Below are positions 46,612-58,767 of a DNA stretch of 64,000 nucleotides, in pieces. The notes beneath the pieces are model-generated. The model was not told the origin of the DNA, searched no databases, and saw only the letters and a list, made by a program, of their open reading frames with translations. Source of the stretch: Squalus acanthias (taxonomy: Eukaryota). Each line of letters starts with the position of its first letter. The first letter of the stretch is position 1. The stretch covers positions 62,994,001 through 63,058,000 of the forward strand of contig CM059438.1 in the NCBI GenBank assembly GCA_030390025.1, read 5' to 3'. Made by a program: the position numbers and the translations under genes.

Positions 46612-48588
46612 ATCACCCTTGGGTCCTACTCTTGTCTGCCAAAAACGCTCACTATTCCAGGATCATTCTGGAATGCAAAGATAACCCCCGGCTACTATTC
46701 TCCACTGCTAACCATCTTCTTAAACCTGTCTCCTCCACACTCCCCCTCCAACAACAAGTGTGAGGAGCTCATGGACTTCTTTGACTCTAAGATTGAGACC
46801 ATTCGATCAGGTGCCTCTGCCACTTCCCTTTCTTTCCCTAGCCCACCAGGCCAAACTTCCTCTAAGGTTCCCCACTGCCCTAGCCCTGAACGTGCATCTT
46901 TCTCCAGTTTCTCTCCGATCTCCCCTCTTGACCGCCCCACGCTCATCTTGTCCATGAGACCCACTTCCTGTTCCCTCGACCCTATTCCCGCTAAACTGCT
47001 GGCCACCCAACTTCCTTTTCTGGCTCCCATGTTAGCTGATATTGTTAACGGTTCTCTCTCCTCAGGTACTCTCCCCCTCTCCTTCGAATCTGCTGTCATC
47101 ACCCCTCCTCAAAAAAAACAAGCCTTGACCCTCTCTGTCCTTGCAAACTACTGCCCCATCTCCAACCTCCCTTTCCTCTCCAGAGTCCTTGAACGTGTTG
47201 TCGCCTCCCAAATCGGTGCACATCTTTCCCGCAACTCCATGCTTGAATCCCTCCAATCAGGTTTCCGCCCTTGCCACAGTACCGAAACGGCTCTCATCAA
47301 AGTCACAAATGACATCCTTTGTGACTGTGATGAAGGTAAACTATCCCTCCTCGTCCTTCTTGACTTGTCTGCAGCCTTTGACACGGTTGACCACTCCATC
47401 CTCCTCCAACGCCTCTTCACCATCGTCCAGCTAGGTGGGACTGCACTCGCCTGGTTCCATTCTTATCTATCTAATCGTAGCAACAGAATCACCTGCAACG
47501 GCTTCTCTTCCCGCTCCTGCATCGTTACCTCTGGTGTCCCCCAAGGATCTATCCTTGGCCCCCTCCTATTTCTCATCTACATGTTGCCGCTTGGCGACAT
47601 CATCCGAAAACACAGCATCAGTTTCCACATGTATGCTGACGACACCCAGCTCTACCTCACCACCTCTTCTCTCGACCCCTCCACAGTGTTCAAATTAACA
47701 GAATCCTTGTCCGACATCCAGTACTGGATGAGCAGAAATTTTCTCCAATTAACTATTGGGAAGACCGAAGCCATTGTTTTCGGTCCCCGCCTCAAACTCC
47801 GTTCCCTAGCCACCGACTCCATCCCTCTTCCTAACATCTGTCTGAGGCTGAACCACACTGTTCGCAACCTTGGCGTCATATTTGACCCTGAAGTGAGCTT
47901 CAGACCACATATCCGCAGCATAACAAAGACCGCCTACTTCCACCTCGCCCGTCTCCGCCCCTGCCTCAGCTCATCTGCTGCTGAAACCCTCATCCATGCC
48001 TTTGTTACCTCTAGACTTGACTATTCCAATGCACTCCTGGCTGACCTCCCACATTCTACCCTACATAAACTTGAGATCATCCAAAACTCAGCTGCCCGTG
48101 TCCTAACTCGCACCAAGGCCCGTTCACCCATCACCCCTGTGCTCGCTGACCTACATTGGCTCCTGGTTAAGCAACGCCTCGATTTCAAAATTCTCATCCT
48201 TGTTTTCAGATCCTTCCATGGCCTCGCCCCTCCCTATCTCTGTAATCTCCTTCAGCCCCACAACCCCCCGAGATATCTGCGCTCCTCTAATTCTGCCCTC
48301 TTGAGCATCCCTGATTATAATCGCTCAACCATTGGTGGCCGTGCCTTAAGCTGCCTGGGCCCTAAGCTCTGGAACTCCCTCCCTGAACCTCTCCGCCTCC
48401 CTACCTCTCTCTACCCCTTTAAGACGCTCCTTAAAACCTACCTCTTTGACCAAACATTTGGTCACTTGCCCTAATATCTCCTTATGTGGCTCGGTGTCAA
48501 TTTTTTGTCTTTTATAATACTCCTGTGAAGCGCCTTGGGACGTTTTACTACGTTAAAAGCACTACATAAATACAAGTTGTTGTTGTTG
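46612..48588 (+). mobile_element. Young 5'-truncated L2 LINE with an open RT frame (ORF 46570-48474)
   Basis: LDPIP, QSGFRPCHSTETAL, LLDLSAAFDTV, GVPQGSILGP, YADD and LHWL motifs, and a (GTT)n tail. Confidence 0.95.
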
Positions 48589-49494
48589 GGAAGGCGGCAC
48601 CATAGAACGATGATGCGGGGGCCTGTGCCCACTGGTTTTGCACAGGAGCGAGCTCCTGGTTTGAAATGTGCCAACCAGGCACCAAGCACTTCCCCAGAGG
48701 TAGAGAGGATAAAATACAGATTGATCGTTCTATTAACGGAGTGAGTACTAACACCACTGTCAGCCAATGAGTTGGATGCGGAGCAGGACTTGCAGCAAAC
48801 AGTCTATTTTACAGCCAACCAAGCCGTTACATAATGCAAATCACGTGTGTAAAAGCCAGCACAGGCACAATGGGCCGAATGGCTTCCTTCTGTGCTGTTA
48901 TCGTTCTCTGACTCTCTGAAAATCAATCCCAGTCACTTGCAGCAGTGCGTGATTGACGGGAGAATTACCCAATAATCTCCATTCAGGCCGGGACTCGTGT
49001 CACTGTAGGCAGCCTTCTATTAAACCCTTGTGTTCTTACGAGGGTAAATTTTGTGAGGCCCTGCCGGCTGGTACGAGCGTGGATTAGAGATGTGGGTATA
49101 AAACTCTAATCCCAATTCTCCGAATCACTTTTGCATCGTGCAAGGCTCTCTATTTGCAGCAGATCGGACTGTAGTTTTGATGGAGCCCTGTCCTTTGATC
49201 CCTGCACGCAGGAACTGCCCTACCTTCTAATAGCATTTCCTAGCTGTCTCTTGTTGGACAGCAGGAACCGGCAAGAGTTCCAGCTATAGAAACATCCTGT
49301 AGTCAGGCAGGCTGTGTTTGGAGCCCAAAGATGTGGAGAAGCAGGTCAGCTGCAGTCCAGTGAAGGAGAAGTGGGCCTCAGGTGTCTCCCCCAACCCTAT
49401 TATGAATATCGTTGCCCTAAAGATGCCAAATGAGTTAATATTCTCATTTTCAAACTTAACACCCATTTGACAACTGGTGACTTGTATTATTTGT

Positions 49495-49806
49495 ATTGTG
49501 AGAAACAGAGTTAACGTTTCAGGTCGATGACCTTTCATCAGAACTGGAAGATGTTCGAGATGAACAGCTTTTAGGCAAGTATAGAGCCATGGAGAAGGGG
49601 GCACCTGAAACAGTGGGAGTGGAAGAAGTGTGGGCTGGTGCTTGAGGTGGGGATCTCCTATCGGTACACTTCCTGGCTGTGTGTTTGCTTAAAAGCTGTT
49701 CATCTCTAACATCTCTCTTTCCACAGGTGCTGCCTGACCGGCTGAGTGTTTACAGCAATTTATTCTTTATTTCAGATTTCCAGCATCCGTTGCATTTCGC
49801 TTTCAC
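49495..49806. mobile_element. Rearranged Penelope terminal fragment with internal inversion
   Basis: 49549-49578 is inverted at 49685-49714. Flanking attatttgt repeats. Confidence 0.65.
49509..49545 (-). ncRNA. Minimal hammerhead ribozyme (intact core)
   Basis: Minus strand AGTT-CTGATGA-A-AGGTC(atc)GACCT-GAAA-CG-TT-AACT. Confidence 0.75.
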
Positions 49807-50500
49807 ATTATTTGTGATGTATCCATTATTTAGCTTTATGTGAAAATATTATATCTGGGTGTACATGATGGTATAGCTGCTATCTTTCTTCCTCTCTCCA
49901 TCTTTCTGTCTTGTCTGTCTTGTTCACACTCCATAAATTCTTTTGCCAAAGTCCAACATCAGTGTTTTGCCTGAAACAATGCCGATTGTAACCTGTGCGA
50001 CAGGACTTTTGTGGAATGTAACTCCAAATGTGTTCTTTCTGCCTCAGTTTTTAAATCTCTGTTCTGTTCACTAGATTCGAACCAGTCACCAAGAAACCAG
50101 CGTTTATTGATTTTTGTGTAATTAGCGTCGCTGTTGCAGATGAAGCTTGATTGACAAATGAGGAATTAATGTTACTTAAACATGGCAGGCAAACAATAGA
50201 CCAGCGACTTATATATTAATGATTTCCTGAGGAATTTTTCTGCCATTCACAATTCACTGGTTTTATTCTCAATATTCTCAATAACCTCTTGTTGGCATTC
50301 TGCTGCATGTTGTATTCACAGCGTTGTCAGGTTTCAGAACTGAATTGCACAGGAATAATAGAGCAGGATGGAAACCATATCCAGAGTCTGGCCTCTTTCC
50401 CTTCTTACTTTCCTCCTAAATGATAAATATACTAGGAGCTATGAATAGATATTTACATGCTTTATTTTGGAGGGGGATTGTGTTCTCTGGGAAAGTTCAT

Positions 50501-51109
50501 GGGGGGAAAAATTCGGTTGCTTTGCGCCTCCCGTTAGGGAGGTTAGCGGCGGCAGTAACCGTTAGCGCCCCGCGGTGCTGCGCCACCGGCGATGACATCA
50601 TCGCCGTGCGCAGTGCCCCGCTTGCGCCCCGGCCGCGATCGTCGGTAGCGCCCCCTGACTTACCGCCGGACGCTATGTCCGACGGGGTCAGGGAGGCCTA
50701 CCTGCGGCCGGGGCAGCGCTAATTAAAGGCGAGGTGCCGGGCAGCCATTTTTGTTGCTGGCCGCCTGCCAGCACCTGCCTCCGCTGCCGTCCCCGGCCTC
50801 CTGAATAGCCCCCCCGCGGAGTGCTGGCTGCATTCCGTCAGCGCGGCACTTCTCTTGAGTGCCGGGCTCTTTTGCCGGCACTCCGATCCCTGGTGGCCCA
50901 GCTGGGCCCCAGGTCGTGCAGCGCAAGGCCCCTCCCCTTTAAGAAGGGGAGGAAGGCCTGCAGTCACGCCGCAATATTCCCTCGCAGCGCCCCAAGAAGG
51001 AGGTGGGGCGCTTCCAGTAGCACCCCGCTTCCCTCTTGGGGCACTACCGATGAATTTCGGCCGCGGGGGACGCTAATTTTTTCGGGGCGAGCGACTCAAT
51101 TTTCCCCCC
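50501..51109. mobile_element. GC/CpG-rich PIF/Harbinger-type MITE
   Basis: TIRs GGGGGGAAAAATT / CAATTTTCCCCCC with CAT TSD at 50498-50500 and 51110-51112. Repeated GCGCCCC/GGGGCGC subterminal motifs. Confidence 0.85.
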
Positions 51110-51254
51110 CATATCTTTGTAGAATTTTTCATATCAGAACTATGTAGTAATTTGGCATAAATTAATGCTGAATGACGATCTTACTCCGAGAGGGCACAGG
51201 AGTGGTCGGTGTGGGAAATAAATTAAAAAAATTCACACAATTTTCAGCTGATCA

Positions 51255-52532
51255 GAGAGTGCCAGCATGGATTTGTAAAAGGTAGGTTATGCCTGACAAA
51301 CCTGATTGCATTTTTTGAAGAGGTGACTAAACTGTGGACGGGGGAATGTCTCTGGATGCTATTTATATGGACTTCCAGAGCGCATTTGATAAAGTCCCTC
51401 ATAAGCGATTGTTAGCTAAAGTTGAAGCTCATGGAATTGAAGGATAATTATTGACCTGGTTAGGAAATTGGCTGAGGAGACAGAGAGTAGGGATAATGGG
51501 CAGGTACTGTAATTGGCAGGATGTGACTGGTGGTGTCCCATAAGGATCTGTTTTGGGGCCTCAACTATTCACTGGATTTATTAACGATTTAGATGATGGG
51601 ATAGAAAGCCGCCTATCCACGTTTGCCGATGACACAAAGATAGGACGCTTTTTAAGCAGTGTAGATGGAAGCATAAAATTACGAAGAAATATTAATAGAT
51701 TATGTGACGGCACAACTGTGACAAATGGATTTCACTGTAGGCAAATGTGTGGTTATCCACGCTGGACCTAAAAAGGATAGAACAGGGTACTTTCTAAATG
51801 GTGAAAAGCTAGAAACAGCGGAGGTCCAAAGAGACTTGGGGGTCCAGGTACATCGATCATTAAAATGTCATGAACAGGTACAGAAAATAATCAAAAAGGC
51901 TAATGGGATGCTGGCCTTTATATCTAGAGGACTAGAATACAAGGGGGTAGAAGTTATGCTGCAGCTATACAAAACCCTGGTTAGACCACACCTGGAGTAC
52001 TGTGAGCTGTTCTGGGCACCACACCTTTGGAAGGACATACTGGCCTTGGAGGGAGTGCAGCGTAGTACTGCCAGAATGATACGTGGACTCCAAGGGTTAA
52101 ATTACGAGGAGAGATTACACAAACTAGGCTTGTATTCCCTGGAATTTAGAAGGTTAAGGGGTGATTTGATCCAAGTTTTCAAGATATTAATGGGAACTGA
52201 TAGGGTAGATAGAGAGAAACTATTTCCGCTGGTTGGGGAGTCTAGGACTAGGGGGCATTGTCTAAAAATTAAAGCCAGGCCTTTCAGCAGTGAAGTTAGG
52301 AAACGCTTCTACACACAAAAGGTGGTGGAAGTTTGGAACTCTCTTTCACAAATGGCAATTGATGCTAGGTCAATTGTTAATTTTAAATCTGAGATTGATA
52401 GATTTTTGTTAATCAAACGTATTAAGGGATATGGGCCAAAGGCGGGTATATGGAGCTAGGTCACAGATCAGCCATGATCTCATTGAATGGCGGAACAGGC
52501 TCGAGGGGCTAAGTGGCCTCCTCCTGTTCCTA
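51255..52532 (+). mobile_element. CR1 3' fragment, degenerate RT
   Basis: GFVKGRLCLTNL, TFADDTK and LVRPHLEYCELFWAPH motifs with a 3' stem-loop. Confidence 0.9.
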
Positions 52533-53769
52533 AGACTCACTGTTTGGTTAGAGCAGAGAGAGTGTTGCCTTGTATTTAACTGTGCCTGATCTTGGGTGGC
52601 ATTGGGCAGCAAAGAAGGTGACCATTTGGCCCATCGTGTTTGTGCTGGTGTAGCTCTTCAAGTTGAGCCATCTACTCCAATCCCCCAATAACATACCTCG
52701 CACAGCGTAGATAACATACCCCCTGTCCAAAAGGTACATATGTTCATTATCTGTATCGCTGTCATTATCTTGTGTTGCTATCCAGGAAATAGAATAATGA
52801 ATAACTTTCATTTTCCTGTAGTTTATGTCAAGTTGTTTTTTCCTAGTTTCCAAAATGTTGGCAATATGTAGGGTGGGGAAAAGGGACTCGAGAGATTTAT
52901 GATGAATTTATTGAGACAAAGATTTGTGTTTCAGGAGCATCTTCTGGGAGGCTGGAGGAAGCTGGAAGGTGGACTGATTCATAAGGCACTGAGTGACCCA
53001 GAAAAAGCGACACACAGACAGACACTTGTCCAACTGTTGGCCCAAGCTCTTGGCCTAGCAGGGTCTAGTAACTCCACAGATGGCTATGACCCAGAGGCAC
53101 TTGTTGGAGAGATGGAGGTAAAGTAATGGAAGGACGATTCAATGGTCAGACTTGTGTGTGTTTAAAAACCAACATTCGCTTTCTAGGATTTAAGTTACAA
53201 ACTGAATACTACAGCAGATCCTATCTGAGGCTATCTTTGGGCGTTGTATAGAAACCATGATGGATTATATTACTTCTCTGAAAAGAGAAAGCTATGACAA
53301 CCTATAATAATTATAAGATCATGCGGATCAAAGTATATTGAGGGACTAATATAAATTGGTTGTTGATAGAGCAAGTGACTTGACAGGGTCACGGCTTGTG
53401 TGAAATTCCACCCTTCCCCCCTGTGCAGAGCAGTTTGCTGCCTGATGACTGCAGTTTGCATAAATGGCCTTGGAAGGCAGTAAAAATGCTGGGATCTGAG
53501 CAATAACAAATCATTTAATGCAACAAGTCACTTGCTCCAGTTACAGAGCCATACATCAACCACTTTTTGTGAGTCAAGTGGTTCCTTGATGACTGGAGGC
53601 TTAACCCTGTGGATAAATCATACTGCGGGTTTATTGATTTTTAATTCATCTCAAATCCGTAACCTTAATTTGATACTTTTCCCCATCCCCCACCCCTCCA
53701 TTGTATCAGAATGCAAAGTGTGAGTTTGATATTCTTTAGGTAATTTCTTCCTGCAGACCTGATCACTTG

Positions 53770-54200
53770 TATTTATTTAACATAAAGAGGACATGTCGGA
53801 ACACTTGATGGAGGGAGAAGTGCGCATGGTGAGCGGGCAGTAACACCGTTTGAGGCTAGAGACTGAATGCATGATTGAAAAGATGAGCTTTAAGAAATCT
53901 TTGGAAAGCAGGAAGAAATGAAATGTGGTTGAACGTTCAGCCTCAAATGTTCGAGTAGTGAGGTGGGGGTGAGCATTAATGTGGAGTGAAGGAACGGAGC
54001 GTGAAACTGGGCCGTATGGCTGGAGATTTCCCAGATAGGGTGCAGTGAGTCTGTGGAGCAATTTGAAAAGAGGGCAAGGATCTTGGTTGATTCTCTGAGC
54101 CACAGGAAGCTAATGGAGATGGGTAAGGATGGGAGTGTCACGTGCGCAGGACTCTGTGCAGGATGGGTAATGGTTGCGCAGGTCTTTCTGCAGCAGGGAG
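53770..54200 (-). mobile_element. Old L2 3' remnant
   Basis: Degenerate LFKLLHRLTAPYLGNL and FLKLIF segments. Possibly continues at 55450-55530 beyond the minisatellite. Confidence 0.45.
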
Positions 54201-55450
54201 TAATGGGTGTGGGGGGGGGGGGGGGTGTGTAGATGTGGTGATGGGTGTGCGGGAGTAGGGGGGGGGGGGAAGTGTGTATGATGGGTGTGGGGGGAGTGTA
54301 GGAGGGGTGATGGGTGTGGGGGGAGTGTAGGAGGGGTGATGGGTGTGGGGGGGAGTGTGTAGGAGGGGTGATGGGTGTGGGGGGGAGTGTAGGAGGGGCG
54401 ATGGGTGTGGGGGGGGAGTGTAGGAGGGGCGATGGGTGTGGGGGGGGAGTGTGTAGGAGGGGTGATGGGTGTGGGGGGAGTGTAGGAGGGGTGATGGGTG
54501 TGGGGGGAGTGTAGGAGGGGCGATGGGTGTGGGGGGAGTGTAGGAGGGGCGATGGGTGTGGGGGGGAGTGTAGGAGGGGCGATGGGTGTGGGGGGGAGTG
54601 TAGGAGGGGCGATGGGTGTGGGGGGGAGTGTAGGAGGGGCGATGGGTGTGGGGGGGAGTGTAGGAGGGGCGAGGGGCGTGGGGGGGAGTGCAGGAGGGGC
54701 GTGGGGGGAGTGCAGGAGGGGCGTGGGGGGAGTGCAGGAGGGGCGTGGGGGGAGTGCAGGAGGGGCGTGGGGGGAGGGCAGGAGGGGCGTGGGGGGAGTG
54801 CAGGAGGGGCGTGGGGGGAGTGCAGGAGGGGCGTGGGGGGAGTGCAGGAGGGGCGTGGGGGGAGTGCAGGAGGGGCGTGGGGGGAGTGCAGGAGGGGCGT
54901 GGGGGGGAGTGCAGGAGGGGCGTGGGGGAGTGTAGGAGGGGTGTGGGGGGAGTGTAGGAGGGGTGTGGGGGGAGTGTAGGAGGGGTGTGGGGGGAGTGTA
55001 GAGGGGTGTGGGGGGGTGTAGGGGGGGTGTAGGAGGGGTGTGGGGGGGAGTGTAGGAGGGGTGTGGGGGGAGTGTAGGAGGGGTGTGGGGGAGTGTAGGA
55101 GGGTGTGGGGGGGGTGTAGGAGGGGTGTGGGGGGGTGTAGGAGGGGTGTGGGGGGTGTAGGAGGGGTGTGGGGGGGGTGTAGGAGGGGTGTGGGGGGAGT
55201 GTAGGAGGGGTGTGGGGGGGGTGTAGGAGGGGTGTGGGGGGAGTGTAGGAGGGGTGTGGGGGGAGGAGTGTAGGAGGAGTGTGGGGGGAGGAGTGTAGGA
55301 GGGGTGTGGGGGGGAGGGAGTGTAGGGGGCGGTGGGGGGGAAGTGTGTAGGAGGGGCGGTGGGGGGGGAGTGTGTAGGAGGGGCGGGTGTGGGGGGGGGA
55401 GGGTGTGTGGAGGGGCGATGGGGTGGAAGGAGGGGCGATGGGTGTGTGGG
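54200..55450. repeat. G-rich minisatellite (about 30-nt units changing to about 21-nt units)
   Basis: (ggggagtgtaggaggggcgatgggtgtggg)n then (gggggagtgcaggaggggcgt)n then (gggggagtgtaggaggggtgt)n. Confidence 0.95.
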
Positions 55451-56292
55451 ATTGTGCAGGAGGATTCTCAGACCACCGAGTTTTGGATTAGCTGTAGTCT
55501 ATGGAAGGTGGAGGCAGGGAGATTGGTTGGGAGAACAATTTCCCGCAATGACACCAGTGACTACACTTCAAAAGTACTTCATTGGCTGTGAAGCACTTTG
55601 GGACGTCCATTGGTCACGAAAGATGGTATATCAAAGCAACTTTGATTCTTTGTATTTGAGAAAGTGATGCTTGAGATGATGGAGCTGTCAAACGCAGAGG
55701 GGGTGAAGTCGGGTGCAAGCAGGCAACTTTCCAGACTTGGAGCAAGGCACCGAGTTGTACACCAGCAGAATCCTCTACTCTTAACTCTTAAAGCAATTGT
55801 CTCTCCATCTGATGTGGTTTTAAGAGATTTGTTGCTTCCTGCTATTTCTTTTACAGGCAAAATAGTAACAGCCTCTCTTGTTTAGTGCCAGTAAAGCCCC
55901 GAGCTTACTTTGTTCAATAATTGAAGTCTTCCATTGAGGCCTTGGGCATTGTTTTCTCTCTCAGGTGCTAATTTGTGATTGGGGTGCCTTGGACAGAGCT
56001 TGGACAGATAGTTGCTATCTGTTTCCACATGGCCTTGTTCTTCATTTCTTATCATCAGTTTGCTCCAGCTGGTGAATGTTCAGCTGGTGAACCTGAAGAT
56101 TGGTGGAAGGTAATCTTTGCTTTGCACCCATGATTAGACAGGTCCATTCATTCAGTCACCGCCTGGTGCTTCCCAACTTTCTGTCGTTTGATGTGGAAGA
56201 GATTTTAATTCTGATACTGGCTGCTCATCTGCTCAGTTTACACTGGCAGCAAGACCAGAAGAGAAGTACACGTGCTTGGGATTTGTCTGTCA

Positions 56293-56760
56293 GCCAGTGG
56301 CTCAGTTCTCGGCACCCTCGCCTCTGAGTCAGAAGGTTGTGGCTTCAAGCCCCGCTCTAGAGACTTGAGCACGAAAATCTACGCTGACACTCCAGCGCGG
56401 TACTGAGGGAGCGCTGCACTGTCGGAGGTGCCGTCTTTCGGATGAGACGTTAAACCGAGCTCCCGTCTGCTCTCTCAGGTGTACGTAAAAGATCCCATGG
56501 CACTATTTTGAAGAAGAGTAGGGGAGTTATCCCCAGTGTCCTGGGGCCAATATTTATCCCTCAGTCAACATAACAAAAACAGATTATCTGGTCATTATCA
56601 CATTGCTGTTTGCGGGAGCTTGCTGTGTGCAAATTGGCTGCGGCGTTTCCTACATTACAACAGTGACTCCACTTCAAAAAGTACTTAATTTGCTGTAAAG
56701 CGCTTTGGGACGTCCGGTGGTCGTGAAAGGTGCTGTAGAAATGCAAGTCTTTCTTTCTTT
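56293..56760 (+). mobile_element. Full-length Deu-domain SINE
   Basis: tRNA-like head, Deu core and tail gaaatgcaagtctttctttc. Confidence 0.9.
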
Positions 56761-57625
56761 TGTGAGTGTGTGGTTCCTCCAAAGTCACCTTTGTGACTTC
56801 AACATCCTGGTGGTGGACTTTCCCCAATGTTTTGAGAGTGGGGATGTTATCCATCCCGACACGGCAGATGCTGCACTGCTGTCTTGTACTGATGGGCCGA
56901 GAGAAGCCGGACCAGCATCTGTATTCTGATACTTTGTAAATTGGAGTTAATTTGGCCTTTTAGAACAGTCGGTCCGATAGTTTTCCTCACCAAAAGTGAG
57001 TTCACAGAGACTGAAAACAATCAGTTTTGGAAGGATGAGAGGGTTAGGTGGTTGTCAGTCAGTCATTTTACTTCTGGGACCTGGATTTTAATTCAGCCCA
57101 GACTGATTGAAGTCGAGTGAGTTTGGACTGCCCTGGGCCTTTGTTACAAATGTTGTGTCTGCACTAAAAGGCTTAGTGGTCACTCCCTAGTGTCAAGCTT
57201 ATTATACCTTTACTGCCCGATATCTTGTGGGACCCAGGGACCATAACAATAGCCTCTTCATTGCATGCACTGGATACTGTGATCTTGCACTTGCCCCATG
57301 CGCACTTCTCACATTTTCCAGATAAGCACTCTAGTGTAACGAGGCAAATTGTAAACCACCACATTGGTTTATAATACATGAATGAATAGAATGCCGTTTT
57401 CACAGGGAGTTTTAACGATTTCCTATCGCACCTCGTAACACCAAAAATAATAAATTGTACAAACTTTGCCCTTGAGTGGCACTAACTTTGAAAGTGAGAT
57501 GGTTCTGTCTCTCTCGAACTGCTCCAGCCACAAACCCCTTGCAGACTTTTTTTCCCCACAGAGAGGAAGCCAAAGGTGCTCCTTCACCAGCTTTTTGTGT
57601 TGACTGTCTCTGATGTGTCAGACTG

Positions 57626-58460
57626 CTAGATGAGCAGATATTTCCTCCCGCAAAATAATGGGAAGACCGAAGCCATTGTCTTTGGTCCCCGCCACAAATT
57701 CTGTTTTCCCGAGCCACTGACTCCATCCCTCTCCCTGGCAAACTGTCTGAGGCTGAAATAGGCTGTGCACAACCTTGGTGTCGTATTTGACCCAGAGATG
57801 AACTTCCGACCACATATCCGCACCATAACTAAGACCGCCTATTTCCACCTCCGTAACAGCGCCTGATTCCGCCTCTGCCTCAGCTCATCTGCTGCTGAAA
57901 CCCTCATCCATGCCTTTGTTACCTCTAGACTTGACAATTCCAACGCACTCCTGGCCGGCCTCCCATCTTCCACCCTCCGTAAACTTGAGGTCATCCAAAA
58001 CTGCTGCCCGTGTCCTAACTCACACCAAGTCCCGTTCACCCATGACCCCTGTGCTCACTGACCTACATTGGCTCCCAGTTACGCAATGAGTTGATTTTAA
58101 AATTCTAATGCTTGTTTTCAAATCCCTCCATGGCCTCGCCCCTCCCTATCTCTGTAACCTCCTCCAGCCCTACAACCCTCCAATTCTGGCCTCTTGAGCA
58201 TCCCCGATTTTAATCGCTCCACCGTTGGCGGCCGTACCTTCAGCTGCTAAGTCCTCAAGCTCTGGAATTCCCTCCCTAAACCTCTCTGCCCTCTCTACCT
58301 CTCTTTCCTCCTTTAAGACGCTCCTTAAAACCTACCTCCTTCATCTGCCCTAATATCTCCGTATGTGGTGCGGTGTCGAATTTTGCTTGATAACGCTCCT
58401 GTGAAGCGCCTTGAGACGTTTTACTACATTAAAGACGCTATATAACAAGTTGTTGTTGTT
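57626..58460 (+). mobile_element. L2 3' fragment
   Basis: Homologous to 47725-48588, with a (GTT)n tail. Confidence 0.9.
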
Positions 58461-58767
58461 GACAGCTCACCAATCACAACTACCACCGCAAGTGTGGAAC
58501 TCCCCCAGTGCCCTTGGCGCCAGTGTCATGGCAACACCTTTGTCTGACCAGCTGACCCCTTGGTGTGTTCAGTGAATGAGAGTCAGTCTAACATTACAGG
58601 TGTCAATACCTTGAGGAGGTACTGTTGGAGAATCACTATATCTCAAACTAATCTGGTATGCACGAAATACGAATCCTGTTAACTGCTTTCCCTGGATTTA
58701 GTAACTTGTGTAGTCCTGCGAATTAACCCCTTGTGATCCAAATTTAACTTCATAGCAACATCATAAT

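Noticed and set aside
46570..48474. 634-aa ORF as a host gene
   Set aside because: It is a 5'-truncated L2 ORF2 with a typical tail. The listed start is a non-ATG codon in flanking DNA.
50501..51109. CpG island promoter
   Set aside because: The CpG richness is exactly bounded by TIRs and a CAT TSD, so it is a young MITE.
54314..55667. Gly-rich ORFs
   Set aside because: These are translations of a G-rich minisatellite, open in several frames.
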